A stretch of 64,000 nt of DNA from a virus (lineage: Duplodnaviria; Caudoviricetes). Shown piece after piece: positions 39,613 through 48,947 of the stretch. The notes under the pieces were generated by a model, which had not been told where the DNA came from, ran no database searches, and saw only the letters and a list, made by a program, of their open reading frames with translations. The stretch spans positions 38,552 to 102,551 of the IMG/VR virus record IMGVR_UViG_3300009768_000006; one strand, given 5' to 3'. Within the stretch, counting starts at the first letter, position 1; each line of letters opens with the position of its first letter. The position numbers were made by a program, and so were the translations under genes.

Positions 39613-41330
39613 TTATTAGTTCATTAACTATGTGCAACTTTCTGTCTCATGTGGATACTACTATCTCATTTACAGAGTATTCAGGATTAGTACTGATAGA
39701 AGGTATCAATGTAGATGGACATTATAGTAGTAATGGATCAGGTAAGTCTACTATACTGGAAGGTATAGTATATAGCATCACAGGGAATACATTAAGAGGA
39801 TCTCCTGTATCTGAACTAGTCAATAGGAATTTTGGTAAGAACATGAAGGTAAGTTTAGAATTCCTTATAGACAAAGTAAAATATACAATAACTAGATATA
39901 GGAAAGATTCAGTTAATGGTGATAAAGTATTTTTGTACAAAGATGGTGTAGACATCACCAGAAGAGTAAACAAGGATACTCAGGAAGATATAGATAACTT
40001 AGTAGGAGTGCCTTCTAAAATTCTACTTAGTACAATATTAATGGGAGAAGGATTAACATCTAGATTCACTCAATTATCTGATACAGATAAGAAGTATGTT
40101 ATTGAGTCTACACTTAATCTAGGATATGATATAAACTCTGTAAGGATCAAGGCTAGTAGTCAGCTATCAGCTTGTAATTCAAAGTTAGCAGAAACTAGTG
40201 GATCACTAGCTACATTAGCTAATATAGCTAACAAAGGATTCACCGAAGAGTCCTTAGCTGATGCTATAGCGACCTCTAGAAGAAAGATAGATGATGCTAA
40301 AATCGAACTAGCATCAGTGATGGATTCACTGAAATCTGCTCATGCTTACATGGACAGTATGAATAATAAGTATAAAGTATTAGCTGATGCTAAGAATACT
40401 ATAGAAACTTATCTTAATATGAAGTCTATGAAGGAACGTGAAATACTTAATCATAAGTCTTCCTTGAATGCACTTGAGAAGGTAGATCATCCTATATGTG
40501 AAGTGTGCCATCAGTCTATTGTAGATGAGAATGCTATGGCTGCTACTAGATATTATTACGATTCATTAATAACTGTAGCATCTAATGAGCTGACTAATAT
40601 ATACTCTAAGCTGAACGAGTATCCAGATGTAGATATTATAAATAGTAAGTTAGCAACTACTACAAACTTATGTAGAGAACTTCAGAATAACTATACACTA
40701 TTATCAGAGAATAAAACTAGTCTAGAGGTAGCTATTAGTGTAGCTAGTAAAGACATAGAGAATTATAGTCATAGCATGAAGGAATTGCAAGAGTTATCTA
40801 GTAATATGACTAAGCTAGAAGAATTAGCTCAGGATTATAAGAATTCTATAGATATGTATAAGTATCTGGTGGATTTGTATAGTCCTAAGGGTATAATATT
40901 GTACGTGCTTCAAGAGGCTATAAACTATATAAATGATAGATTATCAGTGTATACTAGCATATTGCTAAATACTACATATAAATTATCGGTAGCAAGTGGT
41001 AAAGTAGTTATTGAGAACGAGAAAGGATCTAGCTACCAGTCATTATCTAATGGTGAGAAGCGTAGGCTGGATATAGCCATTCAACTTAGCCTTCATGATT
41101 ATGTACATATCTATTGTAGTATGAAAATAAACTGCTGTTTCATAGATGAAGTACTAGATACGTTAGATGAAATAGGAGTGAATAATATAACTGAAGTGCT
41201 GAAGATGAAGATAGAATATTGTAACTTGACTAGCATATATGTTATAACTCATAATAATGAATTAAAAGATCAGTTTGATAGGATTATAACTGTTACTAAG
41301 AATAGAGAAGGTAATTCTTATATATCATAA
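39609..41330 (+). CDS. SbcC/Rad50-like ATPase
   Basis: NFLSH, NGSGKST, CEVC hook, LSNGE, IDE, ITH. Confidence 0.9.
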   Translation: MIISSLTMCNFLSHVDTTISFTEYSGLVLIEGINVDGHYSSNGSGKSTILEGIVYSITGNTLRGSPVSELVNRNFGKNMKVSLEFLIDKVKYTITRYRKDSVNGDKVFLYKDGVDITRRVNKDTQEDIDNLVGVPSKILLSTILMGEGLTSRFTQLSDTDKKYVIESTLNLGYDINSVRIKASSQLSACNSKLAETSGSLATLANIANKGFTEESLADAIATSRRKIDDAKIELASVMDSLKSAHAYMDSMNNKYKVLADAKNTIETYLNMKSMKEREILNHKSSLNALEKVDHPICEVCHQSIVDENAMAATRYYYDSLITVASNELTNIYSKLNEYPDVDIINSKLATTTNLCRELQNNYTLLSENKTSLEVAISVASKDIENYSHSMKELQELSSNMTKLEELAQDYKNSIDMYKYLVDLYSPKGIILYVLQEAINYINDRLSVYTSILLNTTYKLSVASGKVVIENEKGSSYQSLSNGEKRRLDIAIQLSLHDYVHIYCSMKINCCFIDEVLDTLDEIGVNNITEVLKMKIEYCNLTSIYVITHNNELKDQFDRIITVTKNREGNSYIS

Positions 41331-41340
41331 AGGAGTAATT

Positions 41341-41760
41341 ATGGTAAAATTTAGTAAGCTGGATCCAAATGCTGTAATTCCTGTCAGAAAGACTTTATTA
41401 GCTGCAGGATATGACATGAGTGCTAATGAGTGCTACATTATCCTTCCTCATGCTATAGCTTTAGTAGGAACAGGGATAACCGCTACACTAGAAGATGATC
41501 AGTGGATAGATCTTCGAATCAGGAGTAGTCTAGCATTATCAGGGTTAATGCTCATGAATGGAGCAGGCGTTGTAGATGCTGATTATGCAGGTAATGAGAT
41601 AAAATTTATGCTATATAACGCTTCAGATAAGCCAGTTGCTATAGAAGCATATCAAAGGATAGGACAAGCTATCATCAGCACTTATCATAAAGTAGATGAT
41701 GATCATCTATATCAAGCAGATGTTCGCATTAGTGGATTTGGGAGCACAGGAGATAAATAA
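41341..41760 (+). CDS. dut: dUTPase (trimeric)
   Basis: AAGYD, RSSLA, GVVDADY, RIGQ, R.SGFGSTG. Confidence 0.95.
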   Translation: MVKFSKLDPNAVIPVRKTLLAAGYDMSANECYIILPHAIALVGTGITATLEDDQWIDLRIRSSLALSGLMLMNGAGVVDADYAGNEIKFMLYNASDKPVAIEAYQRIGQAIISTYHKVDDDHLYQADVRISGFGSTGDK

Positions 41761-41761
41761 T

Positions 41762-42100
41762 ATGAAGAAACAAGATGCATTCATGAAGAAATTGTGTAAC
41801 GTAGGGCAAGCTGTTGAAGTAGCTAAAGCAGCAGCTGCTGATGCTGTTGAAGATTATCATAAGCAGAACTTTGGATTGTTAGCTAGCATCTCAGTTAATA
41901 TAGAACTTCTAAAATCTATATTATTTGCTAATAATCTGATCACTGAAGAGCAATACTCTGAAAAATTCGAAGAAAGTATGGGAGCTTATATAGAGAACAT
42001 AAATAAAGTAGTTAAGGAATATACTGATAATCTGAAAGTTAAGTTAGCAGCTACTGAGGATCCTAAGGTAAACATCAAGACAGAAAGTAGAGGGAATTAA
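41762..42100 (+). CDS. Hypothetical protein
   Basis: ORF; start after GGAG RBS. Confidence 0.65.
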   Translation: MKKQDAFMKKLCNVGQAVEVAKAAAADAVEDYHKQNFGLLASISVNIELLKSILFANNLITEEQYSEKFEESMGAYIENINKVVKEYTDNLKVKLAATEDPKVNIKTESRGN

Positions 42101-42101
42101 T

Positions 42102-43115
42102 ATGAGTAAAGTTTACAATAAATGTAAACTAAGCGATGTACTTTACAATGATGATCTTAGTATAGACAATAAGGTCGTATCTACTTTGCTCAGAAAATAC
42201 TCTGGTATGAGATTCTCCACTATAGATGATATCCTGGCCAAGACGAATAGAGAGTTCATTATAAATCTAGCCAATGTGCTCGTTCCAGGTGAGTTAACTT
42301 TCCTAGTCAGTGACAAGAATGTGTTAGGGATTACAGAAGGTGATAGGGATCCAGTGTTAAATACTGTATTTGTATCTACAGTGAAGACTCATATCGTGAA
42401 TACTAATCTGGAGATCTCTGAGATATATAGTAAATCAGATACTAGTAGCTCTATATTGTTGAAAAGGACTACTCCTATAACTGTAGAATTGGACAATAAG
42501 TCTTATGATTACACTGTAGGAGTATTATTAGAGAATGATGAGCTATCTAATGCTCATGCTCGGTTAGTAATGTATATGGATGATATTCCTGTATATTTAC
42601 CTTTAAGCAATTATAGCCTGACTAATGCTAGATATCGCAAAACCACGGGTAGTGATATAGAAGCATTAGAAGTCTTGATGCTTAGAGTAGTAGACGACTT
42701 CAGGGAAGATATGCTTGTAGACAGAGTCCTAGGTTTCCACAAGAAGTTATCTAAGCTGACTAGTATAACTGCTACATATGAAGAGTATAAATCTTTACTA
42801 GACAGTATCAATAAGGCTATTATATCTATGGAAGGATATAGCGAAGATGTCACTATAGATGATAATATGTTAGATTACTTCACTGCTAATTATGGTGATG
42901 TTGATATACATAGTAAGTCATTCTTGTGGAGATGTACAGCTATAGCTCCTAATAGTGTAATGGCTATAATCACAGAAGCATTGAATATCCTCAATCAACA
43001 TAAAGATTTAGTAGGAGATTATGCATCTGGTGTAAGAGAGCTATTAGGTGAGTATATATCTACAAGACGTATATCACAGGAAATAGCTAAGAAGACTGTC
43101 TATAATGTTACCTGA
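42102..43115 (+). CDS. Hypothetical protein
   Basis: Long ORF in operon. Confidence 0.7.
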   Translation: MSKVYNKCKLSDVLYNDDLSIDNKVVSTLLRKYSGMRFSTIDDILAKTNREFIINLANVLVPGELTFLVSDKNVLGITEGDRDPVLNTVFVSTVKTHIVNTNLEISEIYSKSDTSSSILLKRTTPITVELDNKSYDYTVGVLLENDELSNAHARLVMYMDDIPVYLPLSNYSLTNARYRKTTGSDIEALEVLMLRVVDDFREDMLVDRVLGFHKKLSKLTSITATYEEYKSLLDSINKAIISMEGYSEDVTIDDNMLDYFTANYGDVDIHSKSFLWRCTAIAPNSVMAIITEALNILNQHKDLVGDYASGVRELLGEYISTRRISQEIAKKTVYNVT

Positions 43116-44124
43116 GATAGAAATAGCACTACAAGCTTCTCCAGATTATGATAAGATAAACAGTATCGGTGATGAAATATTCAAGTTAGGTAAGTTCGAG
43201 CTACTAGATGAGTACATGCTACTAGTAGCTCCTTTAATTAATAAATCTTATTATAAGTATATATCTACATATGATGATAGATATTATGCTAGAGAAGATC
43301 TTGTTCAAGATGTTTATACTATCCTATATAGAGACATGAAGCTAAGGTGGGATAAGTATATAAGAGTGGAAGATTATTATAAATATATAAGTGTATTAGC
43401 TACTAATATAATGATGAATCTAGTACATAATTATCATAGCTATTACAAGAATGATGAATATGATCCAGAATTCAGTAAAGATATAATGAAAGAAAGAGTT
43501 ATTACAGATAAGATAGAATATAGAATAATGATGGATAGTGTGAAAACTTCTATAGTAGATAAATCAATGGAATTAGCTAATAATAGAGGTAGGTTGTCGT
43601 CTATAATATTACGTATAATAGATTGTAAGTATGGTAAAAATTCTAATACTACTAATATAGATAAATTAAAGTATAAATTTAGAGTAGTAATGATAAGTAA
43701 TAATGAATTTAAGCATTGTTGTTATTTAGCAGATTATTACTATAAGTTAGCTTATAATTATCAGAAATCATCTTTAAGAGAGGATGGTAGTATGCTGCAG
43801 ATATTAGAGAATATATTTAGTAGATTTGGATCACTAACCTACAAGATACTAGTTGATAAATATGCTGATAGTATAATACCTGAAATATTTGCAGAGTTCG
43901 GTAGCGAGATAGCTAGAAAATTCGTCAAATCGTTCAGTGGTAGAACTATTACTGTACCTAATTATGATAGCTTCAAGGATGACTTATTAGCAGGAATGAT
44001 CCTTACATTATCTAAATGTGATAAAAACCGTCTTTATGATATAGCAGTAGAGTATGACCTTCCGTATAAAATGGTTAAAAGGATATATGATAATTCTATA
44101 CATTATATGAAGGATGGTGAATAG
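43105..44124 (+). CDS. Putative transcription factor (sigma region-2-like N-terminus, Mor-like C-terminus)
   Basis: REDLVQDVY; FG...A.KFVKSFSGRTITVP...DIAVEYDL....VKRI. Confidence 0.5.
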   Translation: MLPEIEIALQASPDYDKINSIGDEIFKLGKFELLDEYMLLVAPLINKSYYKYISTYDDRYYAREDLVQDVYTILYRDMKLRWDKYIRVEDYYKYISVLATNIMMNLVHNYHSYYKNDEYDPEFSKDIMKERVITDKIEYRIMMDSVKTSIVDKSMELANNRGRLSSIILRIIDCKYGKNSNTTNIDKLKYKFRVVMISNNEFKHCCYLADYYYKLAYNYQKSSLREDGSMLQILENIFSRFGSLTYKILVDKYADSIIPEIFAEFGSEIARKFVKSFSGRTITVPNYDSFKDDLLAGMILTLSKCDKNRLYDIAVEYDLPYKMVKRIYDNSIHYMKDGE

Positions 44125-44126
44125 GT

Positions 44127-44801
44127 ATGAAAACTCCTATTATACCTAGTCAATGTAAATTATGCAGTAACTTCAATGCAGATACGATGATGTGTAATGT
44201 TCATGAACAGTTGCCTGGTGAGTATTCCAGAGAAAATGTATCTGATTGTCCTGAATTTACTGAAACTAATAACATGGATAAAGATATCATACTTAGAGAT
44301 TATCTAGATGATGATGAAGGTATAGCAAATACTGTAAAGTTAATTGTAGATAAAATATTAGTAGGATATGAAGAAAAATTTAAAGTAATGTTAATAGGTA
44401 TAGCAAGGAAGAAAATCAAGTCTATATTAACTATGACAGATATGATAGACAATATATTAGATAGATTGAATGCTAGAGTAGAGGATATGAACACTACGCA
44501 ATATATAAGATTACTATCAGAGTTGAATATTTCTGTGAATAATGATATATCTTATATAATGAAATTAGTAAGTACTGCTAATAATCCTAAAGATATAACT
44601 GCGTTATTTATGAGTAATAACAATGTAATTAATCTAAATTCAGGATCATCTCCGACTACAGATATAAAAGCATCAGATATGCTAAGTATATCCAGTGCCT
44701 CTAGAGATAAGATTAGAGATGCTTTTGATGCTATACTGAATAATGTTAATGAAATAGTTAATCCTGTAGAGATAGTTGAGGATGATAAAGATGAGTATTA
44801 A
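44127..44801 (+). CDS. Hypothetical protein (N-terminal Cys/His cluster)
   Basis: ORF in operon. Confidence 0.65.
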   Translation: MKTPIIPSQCKLCSNFNADTMMCNVHEQLPGEYSRENVSDCPEFTETNNMDKDIILRDYLDDDEGIANTVKLIVDKILVGYEEKFKVMLIGIARKKIKSILTMTDMIDNILDRLNARVEDMNTTQYIRLLSELNISVNNDISYIMKLVSTANNPKDITALFMSNNNVINLNSGSSPTTDIKASDMLSISSASRDKIRDAFDAILNNVNEIVNPVEIVEDDKDEY

Positions 44802-45099
44802 TGATTCTATTATAGAAAGGATGATGAATGATAAGAATGTAAAAAGATTAGGATTAACTGAATTTAGCGCGAAAGGTATAGTAGAAGCCTTTTTCACATC
44901 TATGATGGATGTATTGATAGATAAAGGTAATGTAGAAATATCAGAAGATATAAGATTTGAGATAATACCTACGAAAGGTAGAGTGCATAAACTACGAGGT
45001 GTAGTTTATAATTCAACAAGAAGCTACAAGATTAAAACATCTATATCAAATAGTCTATACGAAAGGATTAAGGAAGAATATGATGAATACAGAGTATAA
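44791..45099 (+). CDS. HU/IHF-like DNA-binding protein
   Basis: AKGIVEAFF..MMDVL..KGNVEI...RFEI...KGR...YKIK...S.SL. Confidence 0.6.
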   Translation: MSINDSIIERMMNDKNVKRLGLTEFSAKGIVEAFFTSMMDVLIDKGNVEISEDIRFEIIPTKGRVHKLRGVVYNSTRSYKIKTSISNSLYERIKEEYDEYRV

Positions 45100-45307
45100 A
45101 TATCCTACAGAAGTACTGAAGAATAGATATGTACCGATAGATGATATAAGCAAACATGTAGACATATCTAAGAAATCAGTGAAGAGATATATAAAAGCAG
45201 GAAGAGTACGTATAGCTGAATTCACTATTCCTGGAGATAAAGTAAGATCCTTACATGTTAATATCGATGATATAGACAAATGCATAGAGGAAGATCAATG
45301 CAAGTAA
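45080..45307 (+). CDS. Small HTH (excisionase/MerR-like) DNA-binding protein
   Basis: IDDISKHVDISKKSVKRYIKAG. Confidence 0.6.
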   Translation: MMNTEYKYPTEVLKNRYVPIDDISKHVDISKKSVKRYIKAGRVRIAEFTIPGDKVRSLHVNIDDIDKCIEEDQCK

Positions 45308-45831
45308 TCATAGGTATAGATCCCTCACTAAATAGTTCAGGTATAGCTGTTATCCAGCATAATAATGCAGGTACAGTAGTTACCTATGAATCAGTGTGTC
45401 CTAAAGAATTATCATCGATATCAAGGTTAAATTATAACTATAACAGATATTATAATATACTGAATTCTTATAGAGAAATAGACTGTGTAGCCTATGAGTG
45501 TCAGATTAATCAGATGAGGTTTGGAGGATCATCAGGCTATATATTACAATTAGCTGAGAATATAGGTATACTAAAATTAGCTATATACAATAATCCTCAT
45601 ATAAAATTAGTGTTAGCAGTACCTCCTGGAGATATCAAAACCTTCGCCACAGGTAAACATAATGCTACTAAAGAAGAGATGATTGATGCTGTAGCTAGCA
45701 GACATAAGAAGAGTATGCATACTATTATAGCTGAGTCCTCTATAAATGATGTAGCAGATGCATATCATTTAGCTAATTATGCTAAACAAATATTAGATAA
45801 TAATACTTATGATAAGTATATTGTGAAGTGA
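45298..45831 (+). CDS. ruvC: RuvC-like Holliday junction resolvase
   Basis: IIGIDPSL.SSG, VAYE, IKTFATG..NATKEEM, DVADA. Confidence 0.85.
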   Translation: MQVIIGIDPSLNSSGIAVIQHNNAGTVVTYESVCPKELSSISRLNYNYNRYYNILNSYREIDCVAYECQINQMRFGGSSGYILQLAENIGILKLAIYNNPHIKLVLAVPPGDIKTFATGKHNATKEEMIDAVASRHKKSMHTIIAESSINDVADAYHLANYAKQILDNNTYDKYIVK

Positions 45832-45854
45832 GCTAACTTCATATAGTTTAACGT
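45831..45854 (+). promoter_or_regulatory. Phage promoter motif P14
   Basis: AGCTAACT-N11-AACGT. Confidence 0.75.
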
Positions 45855-45881
45855 TTTATAAGGTGTGAGAACTATTAAGGA

Positions 45882-46094
45882 GTGATTAACTTGACTTATC
45901 AACAATTCGCAGATACTATAAAGTATATATCAGATCATATACAAAGTTATAGATTCTACATAACAATCGCTAATTCATGCATTGACGTATCCATTATGGA
46001 TAGATATATAGATATAGAATATCATCATGCACAATTTACAGACATAAATGTATATAGAACATTCATAGAATACATGTTTCGGAATTGTAAATAA
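45882..46094 (+). CDS. Hypothetical protein
   Basis: ORF after P14. Confidence 0.55.
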   Translation: MINLTYQQFADTIKYISDHIQSYRFYITIANSCIDVSIMDRYIDIEYHHAQFTDINVYRTFIEYMFRNCK

Positions 46095-46130
46095 TCATAT
46101 AGTACAGCACCTCTAGCAGCTCTAATACTC

Positions 46131-46154
46131 GCCTAACTATTAACTTCATAACGT
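46131..46154 (+). promoter_or_regulatory. Phage promoter motif P15
   Basis: GCCTAACT-N11-AACGT. Confidence 0.8.
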
Positions 46155-46204
46155 TACATATTGTGTAAGCTAGAGTTTGAAAATGTAAAAAGGAGGTAAA
46201 TAAC

Positions 46205-46471
46205 ATGTTTTCAGTCGGAAAATTAACTCAAGCAGGTATTGATGTTGAATCTAAAGGAGGGCAATGGCTTTTACTTTTCTGCGAAGAAGCCTCACTGAAT
46301 CCTGATAAACATTTCAATATCATGGGTTTCGTTAGCACTTTGTACAAGGGTTCGGATAAAGTTTCAGCTTTCTCTTGTTACAAATCTGCTAGTGTAGCCG
46401 CTACTCACAGTCTTCGATGTGCAGGCATTCCTACATCACTGAAGAAGTTCATTAATCAAATGGTGAACTAA
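46205..46471 (+). CDS. Hypothetical protein
   Basis: AGGAGG RBS after P15. Confidence 0.7.
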   Translation: MFSVGKLTQAGIDVESKGGQWLLLFCEEASLNPDKHFNIMGFVSTLYKGSDKVSAFSCYKSASVAATHSLRCAGIPTSLKKFINQMVN

Positions 46472-46476
46472 AATTC

Positions 46477-46500
46477 GCCTAACTCATCAGTAGCTAACGT
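46477..46500 (+). promoter_or_regulatory. Phage promoter motif P16
   Basis: GCCTAACT-N11-AACGT upstream of tRNA/ncRNA block. Confidence 0.8.
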
Positions 46501-46573
46501 TTATTATGGTGTAAAAAGTTCTTTGAAAACTTCATAAATAAACTGGATCAGGACTCTTAATTGAGTCCTTCGT

Positions 46574-46650
46574 GGATCGTTAGTTCAGTTGGTTAGAGCA
46601 TCTGTCTCATAAACAGAGTGTCACTGGTTCAAGTCCAGTACGATCCACCA
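46574..46650 (+). tRNA. tRNA-CAT (Ile2 or elongator Met)
   Basis: Cloverleaf GGATCGT/ACGATCC, anticodon arm TCTGT-CTCATAA-ACAGA, encoded CCA. Confidence 0.9.
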
Positions 46651-47235
46651 GGCCGCAATCGGCCATAAGTTAAGCTGGCGAGTGCTAGTAGGATTCCTTC
46701 TGGTGAAATCCCAGATATGCTTCGAAGGATGCCTCATGGAATAGCCACTTGCTTTTAGAGGACATTGAAGACTCTCACAAGTAATGCGAGACTGTTGGAG
46801 AAATCTTCTTAATGATGGACTTAGTAGCGAGTGAGTTCCTTCTAAGTGAACTGCGTTACGCAGATTATTTAAGGATGAGCGTTGGTAGGAAACGATACTT
46901 ACCGAGGGGTAGCGCAACTACTGGTAACAGGATGTTGAGGTTGGTTCAGCTATCAGCCAAGGATGGGACTTGGCAAAAGTCCTGTTCATCCATTAAAAAT
47001 CTTTCGAAGGTTGCTTCCTAATCTTTGTCTAAAGGAGGGTGAACGGCAAGGAACCAGGGTTCGAACCTTAGGTTGAGGTTTATGTTCGTGGAGCTAGGAT
47101 GCAAGCTAATAAGGGTGATCAAATAGGTCATCAAACTTAGCCTATACGGAGCGTAGAAGCGGGGAAAATAGACCTAAGAGTGGCGAGGTAGGATTACTCG
47201 GTATGGGACAACGCCTGTCTCATAAAATCCGTTTC
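46651..47235 (+). ncRNA. Large structured ncRNA candidate (about 580 nt)
   Basis: ORF-poor, GC-elevated, more than 10 hairpins with G-U pairs, abuts the tRNA CCA end. Confidence 0.65.
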
Positions 47236-47270
47236 TTTAAAGTACTAATTAGTGAAAGGATGATTTACTA

Positions 47271-47570
47271 ATGAAGAAACTATATAATGTGGCTTTGATA
47301 AAGAAGGTAACTCCTGATGAATTAGCAGAACAGGAAGTTCATGAAACGTGAGCTTCTGTAATAAATGGTGCAGAACTTTACGCAACTAAAGCTCCTAATG
47401 GTAAAGATGTTGAAATTTTGTTCTGGAGGAGCATGAAGCTGAAAAGTTTAGTAAGTCTGATATTCACTAGGGATTTCGCTAAGGAGCACTTCAAAGTCAC
47501 TGGTAACGCTTCAGATTGGATGGGGCAAGAAATCAGTAAGCAGATAAACAAAGAGGAAGATTACAACTAA
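47271..47570 (+). pseudogene. 99-codon ORF with in-frame TGA at codon 27
   Basis: MKKLYNVAL...EVHET*ASVING...; GAAAGGA RBS; TGA at 47349. Confidence 0.55.
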
Positions 47571-47581
47571 GTATAAAGTTT

Positions 47582-47972
47582 GTGGTAGGATATCTGGATG
47601 ACATTCCACGATTAGCTAGCGTCGTGTTCCTACCATGATAAAAGAAATCCAGCGTTGAAGGGATACGTTACGCCTTCCGGGGTCGCAGATTGTGGGACTT
47701 GGTAACAAGACTTATAAGGGGAAGGGTCTGCGTGTGTGGGATTCGGTGTGTGGCAAATCTCACAAAGTAAAAGAAGCAAGGGTTAGATAGGGTTAGGGGT
47801 TTAGCAGGTTTATGGGCTGTGGCCGATGGCCATTTCTTCTTACTGCTAGACAAAGGCAACCATCATGAATGAAGGTTGGTGTAGCTTCTTTTAAGGGTTA
47901 ATGTGCTCTTATCGTTTATGAAGGTAAGACAAATCCAAAGGGTTTAAGTAGGGTTCGAGTCCCATTTAAAAG
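47582..47972 (+). ncRNA. Structured ncRNA candidate (about 390 nt) with pseudoknot, G-tracts and T-loop
   Basis: Multiple nested stems; GGGTTCGAGTCCC at 47951; ends just before tRNA-Asn. Confidence 0.6.
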
Positions 47973-47979
47973 CATAGTT

Positions 47980-48054
47980 GGTGAGTTAGCTCAACGGTAG
48001 AGCTTTCGGCTGTTAACCGAACGGTTGTGAGTTCGAATCTCACACTCACCTCCA
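47980..48054 (+). tRNA. tRNA-Asn(GTT)
   Basis: GGTGAGT/ACTCACC, TTCGG-CTGTTAA-CCGAA, CCA. Confidence 0.92.
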
Positions 48055-48104
48055 GAATCTTATAACCTGTAGCTATATGATGAATAAGTAAGGAGTTTCT
48101 AAAG

Positions 48105-48416
48105 ATGTTCAAAACAGGTATTATCAGAAGAATTGATGATCTTGGAAGAATCGTAATCCCTAGGGATGTTAGACGTAGATTAGGACTTATCGAAGGTGCT
48201 GCACTAGAAATCTGCATCGATCAAGGTAAAGTATTTCTTCAGAAATATGATCCTACAGAGGATGTTAATGGTCATATAAGCTCACTCAAGGACGTACTTA
48301 ATGATGCTAAGGGTTATACGTTACCTAATGATTGTGTAGAAAGCTTGCTCACTATGTTGCAAGACTTCGAGCAAACTTTACAAGAAGGGATTCAGAAACA
48401 GAGAAAACTTGTGTAA
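48105..48416 (+). CDS. AbrB/SpoVT-family transcription regulator
   Basis: TGIIRRIDDLGRIVIP..VRR.L.L.EG..LEI. Confidence 0.9.
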   Translation: MFKTGIIRRIDDLGRIVIPRDVRRRLGLIEGAALEICIDQGKVFLQKYDPTEDVNGHISSLKDVLNDAKGYTLPNDCVESLLTMLQDFEQTLQEGIQKQRKLV

Positions 48417-48438
48417 TGAAAGTGAGGTTTAAATATGT

Positions 48439-48585
48439 ATGAATGAGCCTATTATTGAGATGAATCAAGAGTGGGAAAGTCTGGATGTTGATGATTTGAT
48501 GGACTTAGATCTATTGGATTTAGATGATCCTGATATTACTGAGTATGATGGTTGCGATTTTGGAGACATAGATTACTATGAATAA
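48439..48585 (+). CDS. 48-aa hyper-acidic protein
   Basis: Hand translation; 19 D/E, no K/R. Confidence 0.45.
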   Translation: MNEPIIEMNQEWESLDVDDLMDLDLLDLDDPDITEYDGCDFGDIDYYE

Positions 48586-48609
48586 CCTATTATATATTAG
48601 GAGTTTACT

Positions 48610-48936
48610 ATGAAGAAGGCAATGCTATCTCAGCCTATGGCTGGCAAGACGGAAGAGGAGATCATTTCAACGAGAGAAAAAGCTATCAAGCTTCTGGAAT
48701 CTCTAGGATATGAAGTAGTCAATACTCTATTCACAGATGAGTGGTACAGTAAAGAGAAAATGGTCGAAAGAGGCGTAGTCCAGATTCCACTTTGTTTCCT
48801 TGCTAAAAGCCTAGAGAATATGTCACTATGTCATGCAGCTTATTTCTGTGATGGTTGGGAGAAAGCTAGAGGCTGCAGAATTGAGCATGATGCAGCTGAA
48901 GCTTATGGACTCGAAATCCTATATGAGAGGACATAG
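48610..48936 (+). CDS. DUF4406-like (NDT-fold) protein
   Basis: MLSQPMAG...YFCDGWEKARGCRIEH..A..YG. Confidence 0.7.
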   Translation: MKKAMLSQPMAGKTEEEIISTREKAIKLLESLGYEVVNTLFTDEWYSKEKMVERGVVQIPLCFLAKSLENMSLCHAAYFCDGWEKARGCRIEHDAAEAYGLEILYERT

Positions 48937-48947
48937 ATAAGACACTA

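Noticed and set aside
46812-47021. 69-aa plus-strand ORF (and minus ORFs 46621-46917, 47668-47859)
   Set aside because: No RBS, atypical composition, and lies within the structured region
29269-47570. Genome-wide stop-codon reassignment
   Set aside because: Long genes are intact under code 11, many end in TAG or TGA, and no suppressor tRNA was found. The TAA, TAG and TGA anticodons are Leu, Leu and Ser.
46651-47972. tmRNA, RNase P RNA, group I/II intron or rRNA identity for the large RNAs
   Set aside because: Hallmark motifs not found by eye (no GAGGAAAGTCC, no tmRNA acceptor ends, no domain V). An Rfam search is still needed.
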